41,051 bases of DNA from Candidatus Bathyarchaeota archaeon RBG_16_48_13 (lineage in GTDB: Archaea; Thermoproteota; Bathyarchaeia; RBG-16-48-13), in assembly GCA_001775995.1 (NCBI GenBank), contig MEZH01000016.1, forward strand, positions 10,263 through 51,313. The letters run 5' to 3'. The translations under genes and the position numbers were made by a program. Below are positions 36,817 to 41,051 of the stretch, one piece after another (within the stretch, counting starts at the first letter, position 1; each line of letters starts with the position of its first letter). Below the pieces are notes generated by a model that did no database searches, was not told where the DNA came from, and saw nothing but the letters and a program-made list of their open reading frames with translations.

Positions 36817-37371
36817 ATGCACCCGGAACGTGATGGTCCAGTGCCGAGAACGGGAGGTATAGAATCGATTAAATCGAAGATTAAAAGTCTACGAAAGCCG
36901 CCGCAGCGAGAGATCAATCTCGATGTTTTCGCCAACCCTAGTAAGTATCTTAGGCGATTGCCCTTGGAGAAGATTGTCGCGGACACAAAGATCTATCGAC
37001 AAGGAGTTGAACGATACAAACGGAAGATCATCAAGGATGAGGACATAGCACCGATTATCGTGGTCAAGCATCCCACTAAAGAAATATATGCGGTTTTGGA
37101 TGGCCACCACAGGTACTTTGCATATGTTGAATTAGGAATAAGGGAGATCGATTGCGCCTTAGCAAGCGACTACTCATCTGTGGTTTTTTATGCGACTAAG
37201 CTCGGTCTATTCCAACCACATCCCGAGATAACAAAAAACGTACGGATCCCAGCACTCCAATTACACGGGAACTTGGAGCTGTTCCTATTGGATTTCCAAA
37301 AGAATCCTTACAGGTTCAGAAAATTGATGGAAGCCTATGTCAAGAGAATCAACGGTAGGCTGAAATCCTGA
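36817..37371 (+). CDS. Stand-alone ParB/Sulfiredoxin N-terminal-domain protein (paralogue 2)
   Basis: APIIVVKHP.KEIYAVLDGHHRY. Confidence 0.8.
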   Translation: MHPERDGPVPRTGGIESIKSKIKSLRKPPQREINLDVFANPSKYLRRLPLEKIVADTKIYRQGVERYKRKIIKDEDIAPIIVVKHPTKEIYAVLDGHHRYFAYVELGIREIDCALASDYSSVVFYATKLGLFQPHPEITKNVRIPALQLHGNLELFLLDFQKNPYRFRKLMEAYVKRINGRLKS

Positions 37372-37460
37372 TTACCTTCTGAGATAAATCCAACACCACG
37401 TCCGCTGAGGGATAGCTGAGGATTCTGAGAAATCTGTCTCACCTTTAGTTTTGCAGCAAA

Positions 37461-37703
37461 TCATCCAGTCTTCTCCGAATATCCTCCGTTTTCAACTCCC
37501 TTTCGTCTATGCAGCATGAGCATGGCTACGGGGTTCTTTCCGCAGAGCGCTTCCATCTCAGGAAATATATCGTTATCATTACTGTCTCCAGTGCGGAAGA
37601 ACGCCACATCCTTGAGGCGTCCTCCGTGCTTTGACATGTAGGTTCTGATTGGAGTCAACAATGTGTGATTCCATTTCGGGGTCCCGAAATACGACGACGT
37701 CAA
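37461..37703 (-). pseudogene. Flavodoxin C-terminal remnant
   Basis: GTPKWN..LTPIRTYM...LKDVAFFRT...EMEALCGKNPVA; upstream DVVVF lies in another frame; N-terminal FMN loop missing. Confidence 0.6.
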
Positions 37704-37829
37704 TTCTCCCTAAATTGCCTAACAGATAAGCCCATTCCACTCTATAGCCACCCTTCATAAGTCTTTTAAACGAAATTTCGGGTTTTTTAATGTAAGTGGC
37801 TCCTGCATGACCACTTCCGCTTAAGGGAA

Positions 37830-38285
37830 ATGCCCACCTTGAACAACAAGAACATATTAGTGATAGACAACGACATTGATCTGTTAAAAGTTCTGCGCGA
37901 GATCCTTACGTCAGAGGGATACAGCGTGGACACCGCTGAGAGCGGAAGGCAGGCCGTGGAGAGATCCAAGACATCTGTCTACGACTTGGCGCTGATAGAC
38001 ATCATGCTCTCGGACACCGAAGGGATCGAGCTCTTGGATATCCTGCGAGAGGATATGCCGAATACAATCAAGATCATGATGACAGGACACCCGACAGTCA
38101 ACAATGCCATTGAGGCTCTGAACAGGGGGGCAGACGCCTTCATAACGAAGCCAATAGACCCGGAGGGGCTCCTCGAACTAGTGAAGGACAAACTGAAGAA
38201 GCGCGAGCAAGCAGAGAATCTGTGCCAAGACAAGGTTTCTGAATGGCTTGAAGATAGGATGCGAAGACTTGAATTGGTGACTTGA
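37830..38285 (+). CDS. Response-regulator receiver protein
   Basis: ILVIDND, LALIDIML (phospho-Asp), MTG, FITKP. Confidence 0.92.
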   Translation: MPTLNNKNILVIDNDIDLLKVLREILTSEGYSVDTAESGRQAVERSKTSVYDLALIDIMLSDTEGIELLDILREDMPNTIKIMMTGHPTVNNAIEALNRGADAFITKPIDPEGLLELVKDKLKKREQAENLCQDKVSEWLEDRMRRLELVT

Positions 38286-38451
38286 GGACATTTCTAGACT
38301 AGAATGAAGAAGCAGGAACGATCTTGTGCATTCATGCGGTCCATGTCTACCTGATACCGAAAGATGACGTCAAACAGGCTGATGAGACGTTGACGCGGCG
38401 ACATTTCTCTCGCACATTGCACTTCTTCTTTTCCGTCCTTGCGGTGAACAA

Positions 38452-40595
38452 ATGAAACAAAAGACTAGCGTTCCCAGAACTGATTTGCTAGATGTCCTGC
38501 TAGTCGACGATGAAAGGCAAGTCCTCAACCTAGCCAAAGAACTCCTAGAGATGCACGGTCCTTTCAAAGTCGAGATGGCTCTGTCCGTTGATGAGGCCTT
38601 TTGCAGGCTTGGTATGAAAGAATTCTCGGCGATTATATCGGACTACGCGATGCCGGCTAAAGACGGGCTGGAGTTCCTCAGGGAGCTGAGGCTGAACGGA
38701 AGCAACATTCCATTTATCTTCTTTTCTGGAAAGGGCGAGCAGGAGATAGCGGCTAAAGCCTCAGGGTTGGTCGCTGACGAATACGTCTGGAAGAGCGGAA
38801 GCCCGGAGGACGTTTACTCAAGATTGGCATGCTGCATAGTACATGCGGTGGAGGAAAGGGGTGTCCACAATTCAACTCACGGAATCGCAATTGATGAGCG
38901 GGCGCTGGATCCAGCCGGCGTAAACGAGCATTCCTCGAATGCCGTAACCGAAAACGAATCGAGCCATCTCTCTGAGGCGGCGAGAGAGTTTAACACTAGA
39001 CTCAAGGAAGACCTGTCGGACGCACATCCCATGGCTGAAGAGGCGCAATTCTCCCCCCAAAAGGTGAACACGGGGGTTCAGAGCGCTCAGCCAGATTCCT
39101 ATGACCTCGAGGTCAGAAAGCTGCTAGAGGGCATCTCGCGAAACGTGGCTGAGCGCAGAAGAGCAGAGAAAGCCCTCCTACAGAGCCAGGAGAGGTTTCG
39201 CAACATAGTAGAAACTGTCAAGGATTGGATATGGGAAATCGACGCTGAAGGCCGCTTCACCTACGCCAGTCCCAGGCTCCGCGACATACTTGGGTACGAA
39301 CCCGATGAGATTTTGGGGAAGAAGTTCTTTGACATCATGCCTCCTGAAGAGGCGAAGCGGGTCGATGATGCCTTCAGGGGGTCACTTGAAGACGAAGGTC
39401 CAGTCGTGTCCCTCGAGAAGACGGTTATTCACAAGGATGGTCACCTCATTGTCTTGGAAACTAACTTCGTCCCCTTCTTCGACCAGGAGGGCAACCCAAT
39501 GGGTTTCAGGGGAGTTGACCGCAACGTCACGGAGCGCAAGAAGGTTGAGCGGGCCATCATGGAGAGCCGCGAGAAGTTCGAAGGGCTATTCAGGAGTAAT
39601 CCCGAGGCCGCATGCTATCTCGACTCTGAATTCAGGGTCATAGATATCAACCCCAAATTCAAGGATCTCTTCGGATACTCTCTAGACGAGATCAAAGGCA
39701 TGAAAATCAGCGATCTGATAGTGCCTAAAGACATGATTGGAGAGGGGGAAACCCTCGATCAGAAGATCCGAATGGGTCATCTATACTTCGACACAGTGAG
39801 AAAGACCAAGGGAGGAAGGTTAGTAGCCGTCTCTATCTCAGCAGCTCCTCTGACTCTAGGCGAGAAAGTTGCGAGCTACACCGCCATATACAAGGACATC
39901 ACGAAGCTAAAGGACGCGGAGGAAAAACTGAAGGAGCTGAATGAGAAGCTGCGCGTCGTCGGAGTGCTGACGAGGCACGATGTCCGGAACAAGTTAAGCG
40001 TGTTGATGGGGTACAGCTACACTCTTAGGAAGAAGCTGGCTGGCAACGATGAGGCGCTTAAGCGATTGCGTGAGGTAGAATACTCGTCCCAACAGATAAT
40101 GAACATACTCAAGTTCGCCAGCAACTACGAGAAGGTCGGGGGGAACAACTGACTGACATCGACTTAGGAGCATGCATTGACGAGGCAGTATCTCTCATCT
40201 CTGACCTTAGAGGCGTGAGGGTAACTAACAATTGCCACGGGCTGTGGGTCCTGGCAGATGATCTATTGAGGCAAGTCTTCTACAACTTGATCGAGAACTC
40301 GTTGAAGTACGGCGAGCGCACGTCCGAGATCAAGATCACCTTCAAAGAGGAGAACAGCCGGCTCAGAGTCGTCTATGAGGACAACGGCATCGGAATATCG
40401 AGCGAATTCAAGAGAAACTTGTTTAAGGAAGGCTTCGGAAGGGGCACGGGCTACGGATTGTACTTGATCAAGAAAATAAGCGAAGCCTACGGGTGGATCA
40501 TCGAGGAGACCGGCATAGGGTATGGAGCCCAGTTCGCATTCACGATCCCAAGAACGGTGAGAGGCAGCGACACGCCAAGGTACGAGGTCAAATGA
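38452..40595 (+). CDS. Hybrid sensor kinase (REC-PAS-PAS-HisKA-HATPase) with a frameshift at G6 40138-40143
   Basis: LLVDD/SDYAMP receiver; two PAS domains; RHDVRNKL H-box; one extra base after GTC GGG GGG gives EQLTDIDLG...NLIENSLKYG...EDNGIG...GTGYGL, joining the 40215 ORF. Confidence 0.85.
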
Positions 40596-40599
40596 AGGG

Positions 40600-41051
40600 A
40601 TGGCCACACAGATCTTGCTTCAATCCTCCCAGGGGATCGCGAGAGTAAGCAAGAGCGATCTAATAGGGCTGTTGAGGAAGAATGGAGTCGGGGAACTCGA
40701 AGCCCTACAGGGAACCGAGGTCACAGCAGAGAACCTGATCTTCCTCCTTAGAAGGAGGAAGTATCAAGTGAGCGAGGAGTTCTTCAAGGATCTAGCGGAT
40801 GTATTGGACATCCCACTGATCCGCGAACAAGACCTGAAGAACAAGGAGAAACTGACCACCCTCCTGCCCTACAACTTCATGAAGGACAATCTGGTTGTTC
40901 CCGCAGAGATCGGGAAGAGTTCCATCACCATCGCCACGGCAAACCCGATGAACACAAAGGCAATCCGGGTTCTCGGCGAGCTATTTCAGGGGAAGAACGT
41001 TTCATACAAGGTGGGCTCCATCGAAACCATCGAGCGGGTCATAGAGGACGT
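40600..41051 (+). CDS. Partial ORF with a GspE/PilB N-terminal (T2SSE_N)-like domain, truncated by the window edge
   Basis: Manual translation from ATG 40600 is open to the end: ...FFKDLADVLDIPLI...LLPYNFMKDNLVVP...ITIATANPMN...IERVIED; absent from the ORF track because it has no stop. Confidence 0.7.
   Translation, partial: MATQILLQSSQGIARVSKSDLIGLLRKNGVGELEALQGTEVTAENLIFLLRRRKYQVSEEFFKDLADVLDIPLIREQDLKNKEKLTTLLPYNFMKDNLVVPAEIGKSSITIATANPMNTKAIRVLGELFQGKNVSYKVGSIETIERVIED

Noticed and set aside
40131-40152. Programmed -1 ribosomal frameshift in the kinase
   Set aside because: G GGG AAC is not a canonical X XXY YYZ slippery site and no clear stimulatory structure was seen.
1-41051. CRISPR array, tRNA, rRNA, transposase or integrase
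   Set aside because: No regularly spaced repeats, cloverleaf structures, or DDE, tyrosine-recombinase or HUH motifs seen.

Overview
Archaeal accessory-gene region. TATA-like promoters, GGTGA/GAGG Shine-Dalgarno sites and gene content suggest Bathyarchaeia (inference, not verified). About 50 mostly short, mixed-orientation genes; no rRNA, tRNA, CRISPR array, transposase or integrase seen. Contents: ABC-2 exporter with divergent PadR; divergent PerR-like regulator and catalase; secreted clan GH-A glycoside hydrolase plus M14 peptidase; two SPFH / zinc-ribbon / PH-like clusters; ppa; EamA, CaCA, GNAT and GATase genes; two stand-alone ParB-N paralogues; a receiver plus frameshifted hybrid kinase; and an unlisted GspE/PilB-N-like ORF running off the right edge. 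Most notable: (1) a palindromic GCGCGC(GC) motif at 26 or more loci, almost all between genes and often just after stop codons; (2) a TPR array fused to a stand-alone DnaK substrate-binding beta-domain; (3) SPFH-zinc ribbon-PH-like operons with no recognisable PspA. All counts and domain calls are by eye; no searches were run.
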